A DNA stretch of 64,000 nucleotides from Hamiltosporidium tvaerminnensis FI-OER-3-3 (Eukaryota; Fungi; Microsporidia), in contig CM061247.1 of NCBI GenBank assembly GCA_022605425.2, forward strand, positions 62,001 through 126,000, in the 5' to 3' direction. Positions 37,347-50,769 of the stretch are shown here, one piece after another (the stretch's first letter is position 1; every line of letters begins with the position of its first letter). The translations under genes and the position numbers were made by a program. Under the pieces are notes generated by a model that made no database searches, was not told the origin of the DNA, and saw nothing but the letters and a program-made list of their open reading frames with translations.

Positions 37347-38588
37347 CTAATCTAAAAGCCATTTTTGTCTTGAATAAAGAGAAGGGTGTACTTTCTTTAG
37401 TAGGCAATATAGATTGCTGTTCCATGGATATAAGCAACTTTTGTGTTCTAAATAGAAAAGTTCTTTGATAACGTTTTCCCCGTATCCCAGATTTTTTGCA
37501 AATTTATCTGCATTTACTTCTGTTCTTCTTGCAACTAAATTGTGTGAAGTTTCTATTATTTGATGTAATGTTTGAATATAAATCAAAGATAGAATAGAGA
37601 ATGCGGTAAATTCTGAAATTTTATCGGAATAGAGCGGTAAAATATTTGTATATGTTAGTAAAGCTACGGAACATTCAACAAGTGTTGTAAATATATTGAA
37701 GCAGTTTTTTTTCAGACAAGAAACATCCTCTACATGACCTATCTCGTGTGCAAGAATTCCATGGCAAATTTTACTTGTATCTTCAGGATCCCTTCCATAT
37801 AAAAAAATAATGTATTTATTGAAATGCCCACATGTTTTCCCGTTTGGCAATCCGGTATCATTTTTTTCTTGGTAAATTTTACCATTTAAATTATATTTGT
37901 TAACAGTATCTTTTAAAGTTTTTTCTAATTTTTCTATGTCTACTTTCTCAAATATGTTTAAATTCACGTCGTTTTTTTTAATCATATCATGTATGTTGAA
38001 GCCAAGCGGGATTACGAAATAACAAATAATTAATATTTTATGGAATTTTTTTGGTATAAGTACTCCGATAGCCATTAATAACGGGAAAAAAAAGTAGAAA
38101 ATATTGATTTCTTCAAATAAATATTCTGTTGCAGTTTCTGAAAATAAATTTCCTGTTATATATCTAATAATAAATATTATCAAAAATTTGAAGCAAATAA
38201 ATATGTATAATACGAATATTAGAAATATTTCCTTAATTGGTAATCCAAAAATATCTTTCTTATTGGATTTTTGAAAAAGCTTTTCGCCGCAATTTAGAAT
38301 AAAATCTATAAAAAATTTTGATAAGAAAAATGCGGATATTGCAAATGACAATAAAAGATTTGTCATTTCATAGCTAACTGTAAGAAAATTCAATTTTATT
38401 GCAATTTTTTGGTAATCAAAGAAATCTTGGCCATAAGATTGAGAAAGTATATATAAAAGTGTGGTATCTGGAAATGGATTCATATTTTTTGTAATATACT
38501 GTCTATATTTGAAAGAACACCATATTTCATTCAAATATACCGAACTGATAAGAATGGTGTTCACTATTAGTAATATAATGAGTATCAT
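37347..38588 (-). CDS. Peptidase M48 (Ste24-like) membrane zinc metalloprotease
   Basis: HEIGH, EVNADKFA, HPSLYSR, multiple TM segments. Confidence 0.88.
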   Translation of the reverse strand: MILIILLIVNTILISSVYLNEIWCSFKYRQYITKNMNPFPDTTLLYILSQSYGQDFFDYQKIAIKLNFLTVSYEMTNLLLSFAISAFFLSKFFIDFILNCGEKLFQKSNKKDIFGLPIKEIFLIFVLYIFICFKFLIIFIIRYITGNLFSETATEYLFEEINIFYFFFPLLMAIGVLIPKKFHKILIICYFVIPLGFNIHDMIKKNDVNLNIFEKVDIEKLEKTLKDTVNKYNLNGKIYQEKNDTGLPNGKTCGHFNKYIIFLYGRDPEDTSKICHGILAHEIGHVEDVSCLKKNCFNIFTTLVECSVALLTYTNILPLYSDKISEFTAFSILSLIYIQTLHQIIETSHNLVARRTEVNADKFAKNLGYGENVIKELFYLEHKSCLYPWNSNLYCLLKKVHPSLYSRQKWLLD

Positions 38589-38694
38589 TGTATATTAAAA
38601 AACGATCCAAGATATTTAATGTAAAGGAGATTTCCTCCAATAGAATTCTTAATTAGATAAAAATTATTCGTTAATATTATTTAATTAATCTCAA

Positions 38695-39453
38695 TTACAA
38701 ATCAAATTCATCTTTATTTAGTTGGCGAGTTGAATATTCAATTCGTTTTTTTATTTTATTTTTAATCTTTCTAAATTTTCTACCACCTCTTTGTCTTTTT
38801 GGCGGCTTTATCGGGATCGGAAGAGGTTTTTCATCTTTTTTTGGTTCTATTTTTTCTTTAAAGAAAATCTTTATTTCCGATAAGAAATCAATTTTTTTAC
38901 TTCCAAAATAATCTAATTTGGCTGCAATACAAGCCTTGTTAGAAATTATTCGCAATAATTGGTTTTTCTTCGATTTATCAATCTCTAGAAACAACAAATG
39001 GTTCTGAATGTCACATTTCATTAGAATGTTTCTAAATTCATTAGAAGTTTTGTAAACAAGTGACTTAAAATCAACATAATAAAGCAAATTAAACAAGATT
39101 TTCGGTCCTAATATATTATTTAGATTGTAATAGTTTTTTTCTAACAATTCTTTGTTCGCTAAAAATAATTCTTCTTTTTCTGTTTCAATTTCAGTTAATT
39201 TATCGAAAATTTCCAACACATTTCGCTTTTCATCGAAATTCATCTCAAAATATATATTTTTAAATTTTTTATATTCCAACATTTCTAGAATAGAATATGA
39301 ATTGCAATAATTATTTTCTTGGTTCAAAATCGCATTTTCTTCTGATTTTACAATTCTTTTTAAAAGTGACATTGGAAAATTTAGTGAAATTTTAGATCTT
39401 ATTTCAATTTCTTGTTTCCGTAATGATAAAAGTTTGTTGCACATATCTTCCAT
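38695..39453 (-). CDS. PRP31: U4/U6 snRNP protein Prp31, reduced
   Basis: Degenerate Nop domain (ILGPKI, LRIISNKACIAAKLD) followed by KPLPIP..KRQRGGRKFRK.K and RQLN of Prp31_C. Confidence 0.78.
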   Translation of the reverse strand: MEDMCNKLLSLRKQEIEIRSKISLNFPMSLLKRIVKSEENAILNQENNYCNSYSILEMLEYKKFKNIYFEMNFDEKRNVLEIFDKLTEIETEKEELFLANKELLEKNYYNLNNILGPKILFNLLYYVDFKSLVYKTSNEFRNILMKCDIQNHLLFLEIDKSKKNQLLRIISNKACIAAKLDYFGSKKIDFLSEIKIFFKEKIEPKKDEKPLPIPIKPPKRQRGGRKFRKIKNKIKKRIEYSTRQLNKDEFDL

Positions 39454-40321
39454 TTTATATGGTAGTGCGGTAAAAAATATTTTTTAAAAAAATATTTCTA
39501 TTTCTTAGATTATTTAATCAACATATCTTTTAATTGAAATACAAATACATTATTGGTACATTAATATTTATATACATCAAAATATGAATGCGTGTATTTG
39601 TATTTCTTAATTCAAATATTCTTCTTATATGTAACAAGTTTAAAAATATTCTTGGAAATTAAACCACAATCATTTTTGAAACAATTATTGCCTTTTTAGT
39701 GGTTTAACAACTTAAACTTTATATATTTATAGAATGATACATTTAATAAGTCAATAGAGACTGAAGCAAAGCAATATGATTTATAAATTATACTTTATAA
39801 TATATTTACGTATTTACCAAACTTAGATGATTATTAATCTTGTTTCTCAATGCACCTTTATTTGTCTATTTTTTATTGTAAAATAGAAATTTTTAAATCA
39901 ACAATTTAATCTGGTTTTTTGTTCAAAAAAAATTCAAATTTACTTTAAGAAATTCGAAATACATCTTTCTGAATATGAAACTGTTGAGATATCTGATAGT
40001 TGTTTTTAATATTAAACAATACAGTTAGAAAGACTAAAAATATATGAATTTTATATCAATTAGCAGTAAGACTTAAAATTTATAAAAATCATGTATTTAC
40101 TTGATTTTTAGTATTTTATTACCTTAAAATGTGGCAAAAAATACCAATTAAATAATAATATAAAATAAAAACCGATTAGAAAAAAATGTTTAGTTTTAAA
40201 ATATTTGTTTGATTTATTTTATAGATATCAGTTAATGAATTTATTGTATAAATATATTTAATATATACTTTATTGCAATAAATACATCCATTTTATTTTA
40301 TTTGTCTAAATAAGGTAATAA

Positions 40322-41569
40322 TCAGCCATTTAAATATTCTATTCTAGAGTATAAGGAAGGATGCCCGCTTCTAAGCGAATTGTATATTACGGTAGGAAAT
40401 AGGTAGTCTGAAGACTGTATTCCTATATCATAAAGGGTATTTGCGAGATATTCGTCGTATCCATATTGTTTGGCAAATAAATCCGAATTAATTTCCGATA
40501 TTTGTGAACCTAGCTTATAAATGGAAAATAGCCATTGTCTTAGTAGAACTCGATATATAAATGCCAATACAAGAAATGCTGTAAAATATGAAATGTCTTG
40601 ATTAGAAAATTTTGACGAAACTCTATCGTAAAGAAACAGAAAAACGAGCATTTCCAAAACCAAAACGATAAAATATATTATTGTTTTTCGCAATAAACTA
40701 TTTTCTTTTGCATGACCTACCTCGTGAAGAAATACAGAATAAAGTTGTTCCTGATCAAATTCATCATAGTTTCCGTATATTTCCATTCTTTTACCGTCAC
40801 CGTATCCAATCAAAGCGGCATTTATTTCTTTCCCTGGAAATATTTCTTTATAAACACGATCTTGAAGGTCATATTTTATCAATACCTCTTGTATATTCTC
40901 CGGAAATTCATTAATATCCATTTTTGTCATTTTTGTGTAATCAACTTTATCTTGAATTAATATATCTGGCAACACTTTTATAGCATACGCAATGAAGCAT
41001 GCGATAATAAATTTCTTATGAAACTTCGAAAGCAAAATATAAGTTATAAAAACAAGTACAGGTGCCAGTAAAAGATAAAAAGCAACAAAAAAACCAAAAC
41101 ATTTCAATATTTTTTCAATGGCATAAGATTTGGCTGTGAGCAATCCAACCACAAAAATAGTAATCAAATAAAATGAATAAAGCAGACACACAAAATTGAT
41201 TTCTGGCTTTTTTAAATCTCGGAAACCCGATTTTACAAGTGTAACTCGCTTTTCTGCTAATTTGAGCATCATACGTTGTAGATTTGAATCCAAAAACAGA
41301 AGTGCTATTGCTACCAAAACAGAATGCTTTACAAAATCCATAGTAACTGTGAAAATTTTACTTTTAGATGCTGCTTCCTGTGATATAATAAACTCTTCTG
41401 GATTTCTAGATGCGTAAACATATGTATTTGAATTTGTTGCAATTCCAAGCTCACCTTTGCTCAATGAATATCTAAATTTAGATATAGAGAATATTTCATA
41501 TGTAATTGTTAATAATGTAATGATAAAAACAGAATATATAAAATTCTTGCTTATTTTTTTCATCCACAT
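40322..41569 (-). CDS. Peptidase M48 (Ste24-like), paralog of 37347-38588
   Basis: INAALIGYG, HEVGH, EINSDLFA, HPSLYSRIEYL. Confidence 0.9.
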   Translation of the reverse strand: MWMKKISKNFIYSVFIITLLTITYEIFSISKFRYSLSKGELGIATNSNTYVYASRNPEEFIISQEAASKSKIFTVTMDFVKHSVLVAIALLFLDSNLQRMMLKLAEKRVTLVKSGFRDLKKPEINFVCLLYSFYLITIFVVGLLTAKSYAIEKILKCFGFFVAFYLLLAPVLVFITYILLSKFHKKFIIACFIAYAIKVLPDILIQDKVDYTKMTKMDINEFPENIQEVLIKYDLQDRVYKEIFPGKEINAALIGYGDGKRMEIYGNYDEFDQEQLYSVFLHEVGHAKENSLLRKTIIYFIVLVLEMLVFLFLYDRVSSKFSNQDISYFTAFLVLAFIYRVLLRQWLFSIYKLGSQISEINSDLFAKQYGYDEYLANTLYDIGIQSSDYLFPTVIYNSLRSGHPSLYSRIEYLNG

Positions 41570-42799
41570 TGTTTATTCGCAACAATTTATTATAATTATT
41601 TTTTCTTACACAAAGTTTGATGTACGATAAGAAATAATGTATTTCCTAAAAAAGATAAATATTATTGGTTATTTAAAATTATATAACGAATTGATTTTTC
41701 TTAGATAATAAATCGATAAGAAAATATTTAAATTAGTTATCATTATTTACTATTTATAACATATGAACAAAGTATCTTTGCCTCAAAATCATAATTTTGC
41801 TAGAATTTTATCTGAAAATTAAAATTACGTAAACAAATTTATCTAAAAAAATACAAAAACAAATGTTCTAGAATTCATGAAACAATCGAAAAAAAATTAA
41901 ATTATAATGTTAATTTAATATTTAAATGTTCTAATAGATTTGTATAAATTTAGATCAAAAATAGAAATTGATAAAGATTTATCATAAAGATCGAAACTAT
42001 AAAGTGTTTGTAAATTTAATTTCCAACTCGCTTCAACATAGTAGATTTTTATATATAATTAGCTTGCTTAAAATATAAATTAGAATAAAAATTATCCTAG
42101 AATTGCATTTGATTTTTAGTATAATTTTTTGATTTATTTGTTTAAACTGTCCTCTGAAAAAAATTGGCATGATTTTAATTTATCTATTCATTCTATACAC
42201 AATAAAAAAATAGAAATACACTTAAAAAGGAAATGATGGAAAGATTGTAGGAAGCAAATTTGAAACTTCTGAAGAAGTGATATGGGCAGTGCTTACTAGA
42301 TTTCCTCAAACAACTAATAGAATTTTTTTTTCTCTGACCTAAAAATATTATTTTGAACCTCTGCAATCTAGTAAGATATTATTGTTTCATATTTAAAAAA
42401 GCAAAGTTTGAGATTATTCAGAAAAATTGAATATAGAAAATTATTTATAATTGATTTCAATAGTAAATTTATAAATAGTTAAAAATATCTATAAATCAAA
42501 TAATTAATTAATTCAGATCATAAAGTAAAATTAATAGATTATAAAAAAATTTTAGCTTATAAAATTGGTCATTATTACGAATAGCCCGCTTCATTCATAA
42601 AAACAACAGCTAAACTATATTAAAGGGTTTGTAGGGTCTTAGCGTCTACGTGGAAATATAAATGAAACGTGTATTCTCATATGGAAATATGCGCCAAATG
42701 AATTTAGCCATTTATTAAAAATATCCTGGCTTTGGTCTGTAAATATTTTCTGTTTCGCTATAATCATTAAGGAACTGTGCATGTGTGTAGTATTGGTAG

Positions 42800-43472
42800 T
42801 AAGAGAAAATGAAAGCTAAAAACTATTTTATTACTAAAGATTGGCGGAAATTCATGTGAAAATATTTTGGTAAATTTTTGGCGGGGTTTACCGGTGAATA
42901 TTTTTTCGTGTTCACAGGTAATTAGATATGGAAGAGAAAATCCTAAAATATGATTTTTTTAAGCTGTTTGATTTAATTTTTATGCCAAATAGATTCTACT
43001 ATGACTGAACACGGAAGTAATTTTCATGTAAATACATTTAAATTGCCTTTCTCAGTCGGTTAGAAGACGTGACGTCAGTGAGATACAAAAAACATAATAT
43101 TTAAAAGGTCTGGGTGGGGAGGTTTTTGCTATTGGTATAACATTTTAACTTCTTAGAGACCCGTAAGTCGCAAAGATATTTAGTAAGTAAGAGTCTATTT
43201 AGTTAAACGTGTGGACTGATCAATAATGATGTTAGTATTGAGACTAGACCAAGATAAATTTCAACTTAAGATCACACACCAGACAACAGTTATTAATGAA
43301 CATAGAGAAAATCTTCAATGATTGGTGTGTTTTAATTTCTATGAAGATTGAAAGCTTTGAAATGTATCTATGGTAAGAGATTAAGATGCGATTTCGGGGT
43401 CTATGTATCGTATAAAGTCTATAACAGCAACAAAATCATTAAAACAATCTAGCGGTTACTCTTTTTATAAAA
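42800..43472 (+). repeat. Dispersed ~700-bp repeat family, copy D (most degenerate)
   Basis: Retains gtaattttcatgtaaatacat, ctcagtcggttagaagac, gtaagtcgcaaagatat and gatcacac in family order. Confidence 0.7.
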
Positions 43473-46400
43473 TAACCGAAAAACTTCGGATTAAACATGA
43501 AGTCTCCTACAAAGCAAGGAAATTTTTTACTCTAAAATACAGTTAGGAAAATAATATTCGCCTAAAAATTTCAAATATATCAAATGCAATCAATAATGCT
43601 CTTTTAAAAAACTTAAATCAATTTTTTTTTAAACAAAGATGATATAATTGAGTTTGCCAATATATTAGATATATCTGAATATTCTAATTCATAATATTGC
43701 GGTAATAATATCCCTAATAAAATATAAAATAAGCAATTGTTTAAAACTCATTGTGGAAGAGAGAAAACATATATTATAGAGAAACAAAAAGAATAATAAA
43801 TCCTTTTTTTATGATAAACTTTTATTTGAACTGTTTAAAAGGCGTTTTTACAAAAACTTCTATTCGTCTTAATCAAGACTATTTTTTTGGAATTTTTGAC
43901 TGATCATCTCAGTATGTAGATTTAATTTGACCCTAGAGGAAACCATACAAAGGACATAAAAAAATAAACTAAACACAATATTTCGAGAAATAATTAGATC
44001 TATATTAGATTAATTAGGGGAATAGCAGAAAATGCAAGAATATTTAAATAGTACTTAAAAATGATAGCAAAATCCGAAAACTTTAACAGTGTATAAATTT
44101 GAGGAAACAAAAACATATCTGTAATTATCTGCAAGGTTCTTTGAAACACTTTTTAGAATATAATCATGTATAGTAAATAATATCGAATATGATGTATTCT
44201 AAAACTTTGGTCTTCGTAGGTGCCAATAAAAATACTAACATAATAGAAAGTAAAAAAACTAAGAAATCTAAACATTTTCACCCATTCGATCGTTAAAGTC
44301 AAATAAGATATACTGTTACAGGAAAAAAAGGCAAATATTCTTTAAATATATCGGATTACCGCAAAGATATACATCTGAAACACATATGATGAACATTTGA
44401 AATTAGAATCCACTGAGCACATATAAATGAAAGATAATCCAAAATACATAGGCCAAAGTGTAAATTACTATGGGTAAATTGCCCACACATGTTAGCGATA
44501 GAAAGAACAATTTTTTAATTTTTCACTGTGCGGCACAACGGCGATTGAGATAATTTAGATTTTAATGGATATTTAAGGATAAACCGTAACTAAAATTTAT
44601 ATTCTAAGCTGATACAAACATACGCTATAGAGTACGATACATATATGGGTATATTTAAAAGGGGATTTAAGGAGCCCTAAATAATGCGATGAACAATAAT
44701 ATCGAGAAAAAACGAAGAAATATAGTGGGAAATTCTGAGCTTTGAGTTGCATAATGCGAAGCACATACTTTCTAATTTGCTTTGTAATTATTATCATCTC
44801 TCCGAATAATTTTTGTACTAATTTGTACCCTATGCTCCTAAGAAATATTTCCTTTTATTGTTTTCGAGTATGTGATGTTTCGAATGTCGTTTATAACCTC
44901 AATTGTGAAAAAAAATCATAATGTATTTTTAACTATAATTTCTCCAAATCTAGAGACCGTAAAATACTTAGAATTTGAAAGCCAGAGGCGGCTGAAAAGT
45001 TAGCAATTTGCATTCAAATCTCTGAAATATTCAGAAAATTGTTTTTAAAACAAGTCATCTTGATATAGATCAAAAGCGGCTGGCTATAGCTAAAAATGTT
45101 TTGAGACACATTCAAACCGCAAAAGCAGAAGAGAATAAAGTCGAAAAACCTTATAATTAAACCATATTCATTTTCTGGATCATGTTTCCATAAATATAAG
45201 GTGTTATAAAACAATCAAGAATAGGTAAACGTCGGGCAAGAGGAGCAGAAGCAATTTTCAAATTCACCGGAATTTTCAAAACTTTTAATACTTGATTTAA
45301 CGATGAAATTCAAATAATGATAGCATATAAAGTAATTGTAAAGAATAAAAATGAACTTATATATGTTAAACTATTCAATAAAACGACAACCTCGAGTTAT
45401 TATGTACGGTCTGAATATACCCGTAATATTTTTATTTAGTATACAATCGCAATAAAGATATGCAAATAGTGTCTTAAACGTTTTTTTTAAAAAATCTTAT
45501 ATTTTTTGAATGTGCACTAAGCATCTTGCAACATTAATAGAAATAAAGATTCATAGACGAAAATGTGAAAGAGATATGTGCTGATTGAATTATTTTTATA
45601 ATCATCGAAAGAGTTGTGCCCTTGTAAATATAATAACTAATTTATCGATTTAATTAATTAATTGTTTGCAAATTCCAAATATATTTGAAAATTCCAAGGT
45701 CTGAAGAAAGACAATTTATATAATGAATCATTTTTGCCTTCAAACAGGTAGAAATCTAGTCGATCAGCTGATTCTAATAAAATAATTCTAAGAGTATCAT
45801 TTCACAGCTTATTAAAATTGAAAAAGGTTTAATTAGATGAAGATACTTTATGGGTTTGATAAATAAATCTGAAAAAATACAGATTAAACATAGACGTGGC
45901 ATTTTATAAGAATATGTTTGGTTCTGGGTTTAAATATGTTACAAAAATAAGGTTTTTCTGACCTCAGAGATTAAATAGAGAAGATTGTGTGAATTATTTC
46001 AAAAATATTTTACTTGTACCTTGATTTTTTTTCAAAATTTAGTTCTGATGATTCAATTCTACTTCATGAGATTTTTATTACATTTGTAAAACTTAAAAGC
46101 TGAAAATTTTATATTTTGTGAGAAATCCTTTGCAAAATTGTCTATTAAACAGAAGTGAGGATTTTTTATAGAATTTGCAGGATGCAGCAAATTGGTTATA
46201 AAATTTACACTTAGAAGTATAATCAAAACGAAAGTACTTTAAAATAAATGATGAATTAAAGTCTCAATTATAAATATAGGTCGTTTTTAATTGTATGATT
46301 AGAATTTTCGGTGTTTTCTGTGTATTCGCAACAGCTTATTATCTTCCTATGTATCTTTTTCTTTATATGTTTTACTGCCTAATATCTCTTATAGAGTTAA

Positions 46401-48229
46401 AAAATGTGAATGACAAAAATGTTAGAAAAAGAGAGCTAAGAAATAACCAAAGTAAATTTTGTATATAAAGATTTTAAAAATTATTTAATATATGATTTAT
46501 AGTATTTTGATGACATGTTTTTTGTCATTATTGAATGTGTTCGAGATATAATTAAAGATCGGGGAGTATTTTGTATCACAATTCATAGCTTAATTCTCGG
46601 ATTAATTGTTCAAATTTGCAATTTTTTTAAACATCATAGTTATAGCTCAAATCTTTTTTAAGCATACTCAAATGATTAAAAATATGGATAATTGGAATTA
46701 TCTTGTAGTGTGATTTTCGTAGTGAACTTCAAATGTCAAATATCTGAAATAAATGAAAATGAAATAATTCGGTTTAAAAAATGTCGGTTATTTTGCAAAC
46801 CCTAAATAACATTATTCTTTTTTAAAAGCTAAAATTTATATATATATTTAGATTTTTGTTATAAGACCAATAATATATTTTTAGTTTAAACCTAGCTCAG
46901 TTTATATAATATCTTAGAATATATTTTAATTTCAATTTTCAGTTTAAGCACTGCTTCTTTTCTTGCATTTTTTCTTTTGCCGCACAATACGTTATATTAT
47001 CTTTCATGCTTTTAAAATGAAAAAACATGATATAACTCTTTGAATATAAAAATGCTTGAAAAACCAAGAGTAACAAAATTAGAAATAGAAAAACGCCACA
47101 AATTTGTTAAAAAAAGGATCAGTTTAAATAGATCTTTTAAAATATGGATTGTGCTTGAGTAATTTTTAAAAGTATTGAGGATAAATTGCTAGTAAATCAA
47201 AATATATGAATAAGAGATTAAAAAATGCTGTTAAAACATATTTAGGGATTTCCAATTTATTCTATAATCATAATAGATGATGATAAGCAACTATTTTAAG
47301 AAAAATACCAATAAACTTTTAGTATATTATTCATTAAAAACAAGAAACGTGCCTTTCCGACACTTTGTTGCTAAGTTACATTTTTCATAGACTCCATTGG
47401 AGGCTTTCAAACCTCTTTTTGCTCGATTTTCTTTTCTATAATCCCTATTTTTATTGTCTTTAGTGACATGTTTTCTTCTGTAGCTTCTACTATCTCACCA
47501 GCAATTTCCTCGGGCATCAGTGCTTCCCTTTTCTAATATTAAAAGGGATACAAGAGTATTTTTCACAATCCGAGTTAATTACTATTCTTCTACTATTGGA
47601 ATACAAGTATCTACCATAGTAGAATATTAACCAGTAAAATAATAGAAGAACAAAAAGCTTACCATTTTAAAAAAGAATTTCGTTTGTACTTATAGAAGAA
47701 AATAAATTAAACTGACTAAATTTAAGAAAACAGATAACGGATTCTAAGATTTGAGTCTAGTTGAATCTCAAATTATGTAATAAAAGACTTAAGAGATAAT
47801 TTAAAAGAATTAAGGTTAAAAAATGTAATATATAATTTGCCATATAAATTCAATTTTTAAACTAAGCATCGAAAATTAAAATAAAAATTCTATAGAAAGA
47901 GCGAAAACACAAGGATATTTATCCTTCTGCTAAAATTACCTCAATAAATAAAATTGTTTAAAAAAACACGTTTTTAAGCCCTGATTTGGATAAATTGACC
48001 GAAAATAAAGACTCTAAAAAATAGAAAGAAAATAGAATATAGAGAACAAATTCATAGGTATAGAATGCACTATAAACAAATCCTATGTATATAATTCAAT
48101 TATCTTCTATGTGAAAGAAAATTTTGTGAAATTCCTTTAAATTATATCAAAATATTTAATTTACGAGATTATTGTAATCATTCCTAGAAAAGCTAATTTA
48201 ATAATCCGCAAATTAAGTTAGAAACTATC

Positions 48230-48800
48230 TTGTATATTAGTTGTATAAAAAGACGATTCAGGGAACATCTATCTCTTTTGCACAAATAAAAGTTTACGTC
48301 TTAAAAATAAATTAGGAGTCATACTGTTCAAAAAACTTTGTAAATTACGATCAAAGAGAAATAATAAACCGCTGGAATAAAGTTATGTTAATATTCAGAA
48401 TTTTAGATAGGATATAATATATGGAAAAGGAAGTCAAGTAAGATCACCCTTGATGCAGTTGGAATCACTTCACATGATTCTCTTGGATTATTTACATAGA
48501 TAAACCAAAGAATTTTGTCCTTAAACCCAATGTATTGGGTATTATTTATAAGTTTAGTATAGAGATGATGGCATTGATAGAAAAATACTATGAGATGTAT
48601 CTCAAGAACATCAAGATACCTATAAGAATAGAGGGATGTATTCAGCCGATAGTATTTGAAAAAACAGGATGAACATTTGTTTTAATCTAAAAAGAGATAT
48701 AATTTAGGGTAAAATATCGATGAAAACCTGAAAAATATAGCTGGATGTTACTGGAACTTAGAGGCACGACCAATATATGGCTTCAATAAACATATGATGG
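48230..48800 (+). mobile_element. Decayed RLE-type non-LTR retrotransposon 3' fragment
   Basis: IRSHTVQ..KITLDAVGITSHDSL..LGIIYK..KYYEMYLKNIKIPIRIEGCIQPIVFEKT. Confidence 0.65.
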
Positions 48801-49520
48801 ACGTTTATATAGAAGAATGTGTTGGTCAAATAAAAAAATATATAAATTGTAAAGTTTAAATATAATGATTAAATCTAATGCATTGACTTATAATATGAAA
48901 CAAATCAGATTTGAGGCTATGCCAAATAAAATAATAGAAATTTGTGAAATAAAAAAGTAAAAGCAAGAAAGAAAAATAATCCTGTATTAAATTAAAATAT
49001 TTAATCAAGATTATGCGGCTAAATTTATATAAAAATTCTTTAATTTAAAAATTTAAATTAAGTTGAATTCATCTTAATTAAGTTGGTTAGTACTATGGAT
49101 CTATATAGCGATTCTCTATAATTTCGAGTTGCACTAATCAAAAGATATGAATAGAATTTTTGCATTTGTTTATTCTTGACTCCCAGGGGGAAAAGAGAAG
49201 AGATTTAAGTAGGTTAGAACTATCAGATTGCTTACAAAAACAGAAATTTTAATTATTTGAAGAAATTAATAAATATATTAAATATCTAAAAAAATCTTGC
49301 TTGCGTTAGGCACACAAGTCATTCAGTCAAAAAAAACGTCTTGAAATTCCATAATAAATCTAAAAAGCTTCAATATATTTTTATATTGTGTTATCAACAT
49401 AATAAACGGAAAGAAGTATAAAAAAAAATATTTCGCGAGATTGAGGATATGCTTATAAAAAAGATTACTGGCACAGAATTGAACTAGTAAAGCAATCAGT
49501 TTTGGGTTCTGATTATTTAT

Positions 49521-49761
49521 TCATTCATTCATTCTTGGCACTTCACCACTGTGCGAGCCTTGGCCTCCCTTAGTAATATCGCTCACCGATCTTTTTCCAG
49601 TGGGTTTGTTTACTTATTGAGTTTCGTAACAGTTAGTTTTTATGGGTGGGTTGTTGGCCCTATGCCCAACCCAAATATGAAGAATCAGTCCTTTTCAGTC
49701 GCCTCTTACGACAAGCAGAGAATACTCCAAGCTAATTCTGCTCCCAGCATGATGGGGAAAT
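49521..49761 (-). mobile_element. RTE-derived short internally deleted element, copy 2, with 11-bp TSD
   Basis: Flanked by TGATTATTTAT at 49510-49520 and 49762-49772; reverse complement has ctgcttgtcgtaagaggcgact, gggttgggcatagggccaacaacccaccc, gaggccaaggc and a (GAAT)n tail. Confidence 0.88.
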
Positions 49762-50769
49762 TGATTATTTATAGGAAAATAATTTAGGTCTAAATCAGAG
49801 TTAGCTCTAAAAATGTTTACTTTTTTAACTTGAAAATCAACAAGTCTGAATATTGATATAAGACATATCTTTTACAATATTAAAAAAGATTAACGATGAT
49901 AAAAACTAACGGTGTACTTTCAATTATCTGGTACTTTGAATCAAGCAGGATATCTAGTTTGCTCTGAGATCACGCCTTACTTCTAGCGTTATAAGACTCA
50001 TAGAGGGAATATAGGCCAAAATATTTCTTTAACGAACTATATTTCAGTAAGAAAGAAATCTATTTAATATTCCTTTAATAATATATTGAAAAAGGTAGAA
50101 TAAGACCATTTATATTTCTTGAATAATAAATTTATTTATTTTTTCAAAAAAAATATGTTCTATACACGGATAACAAAAAGAAATCACATTCATATCTATA
50201 CTTCAGATTATTTAAACCAAAAACTTAATAATTTTTTAAAATGTAAATTTTTAAATCTATGTTTATAATTTCTTCTGAAATTATTTTGTAGTTATAAAAT
50301 TCGCTCAATAAAACCTTCCAATATGAGTTGTAATAAAGAGTTTATCTAATAAATATCACAAGAAAATATGTTTTTTGATCAAAAAAGAGTACATGAGCTC
50401 AAAAATTTAAGAAAAATTACAGAAGGAGATTCAAATATAATAAAAGAATACACAGAAATAAAAAGTTTAATAATAATTGCGAATAAAAAATCCAATAACC
50501 AATAATTTTATAATAAAATTTAATAAATAGGGAACAGCAGTTGTACATAGAATGCAAATCTATGATATAGATTTAGATGTACAAATGAAATCAAAAATAA
50601 AATAACTTCTATATAAATTAGGTCTTATGATTTGGCCATGAATTGTACAAAGATTTAAGAGCTTATGATTTGAAAAAAATGAAAGAGAACTATTTTTCTT
50701 TTTTTGTACATTTTATTCTTTTAAATTCGAATTTCATTGATATACTTGTCTGTTTCTTACCTATCCCGG

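Noticed and set aside
45690-46700. Possible LRR-family pseudogene fragments (also a signal-like fragment at ~42170-42350)
   Set aside because: Too degenerate to assign without TBLASTN
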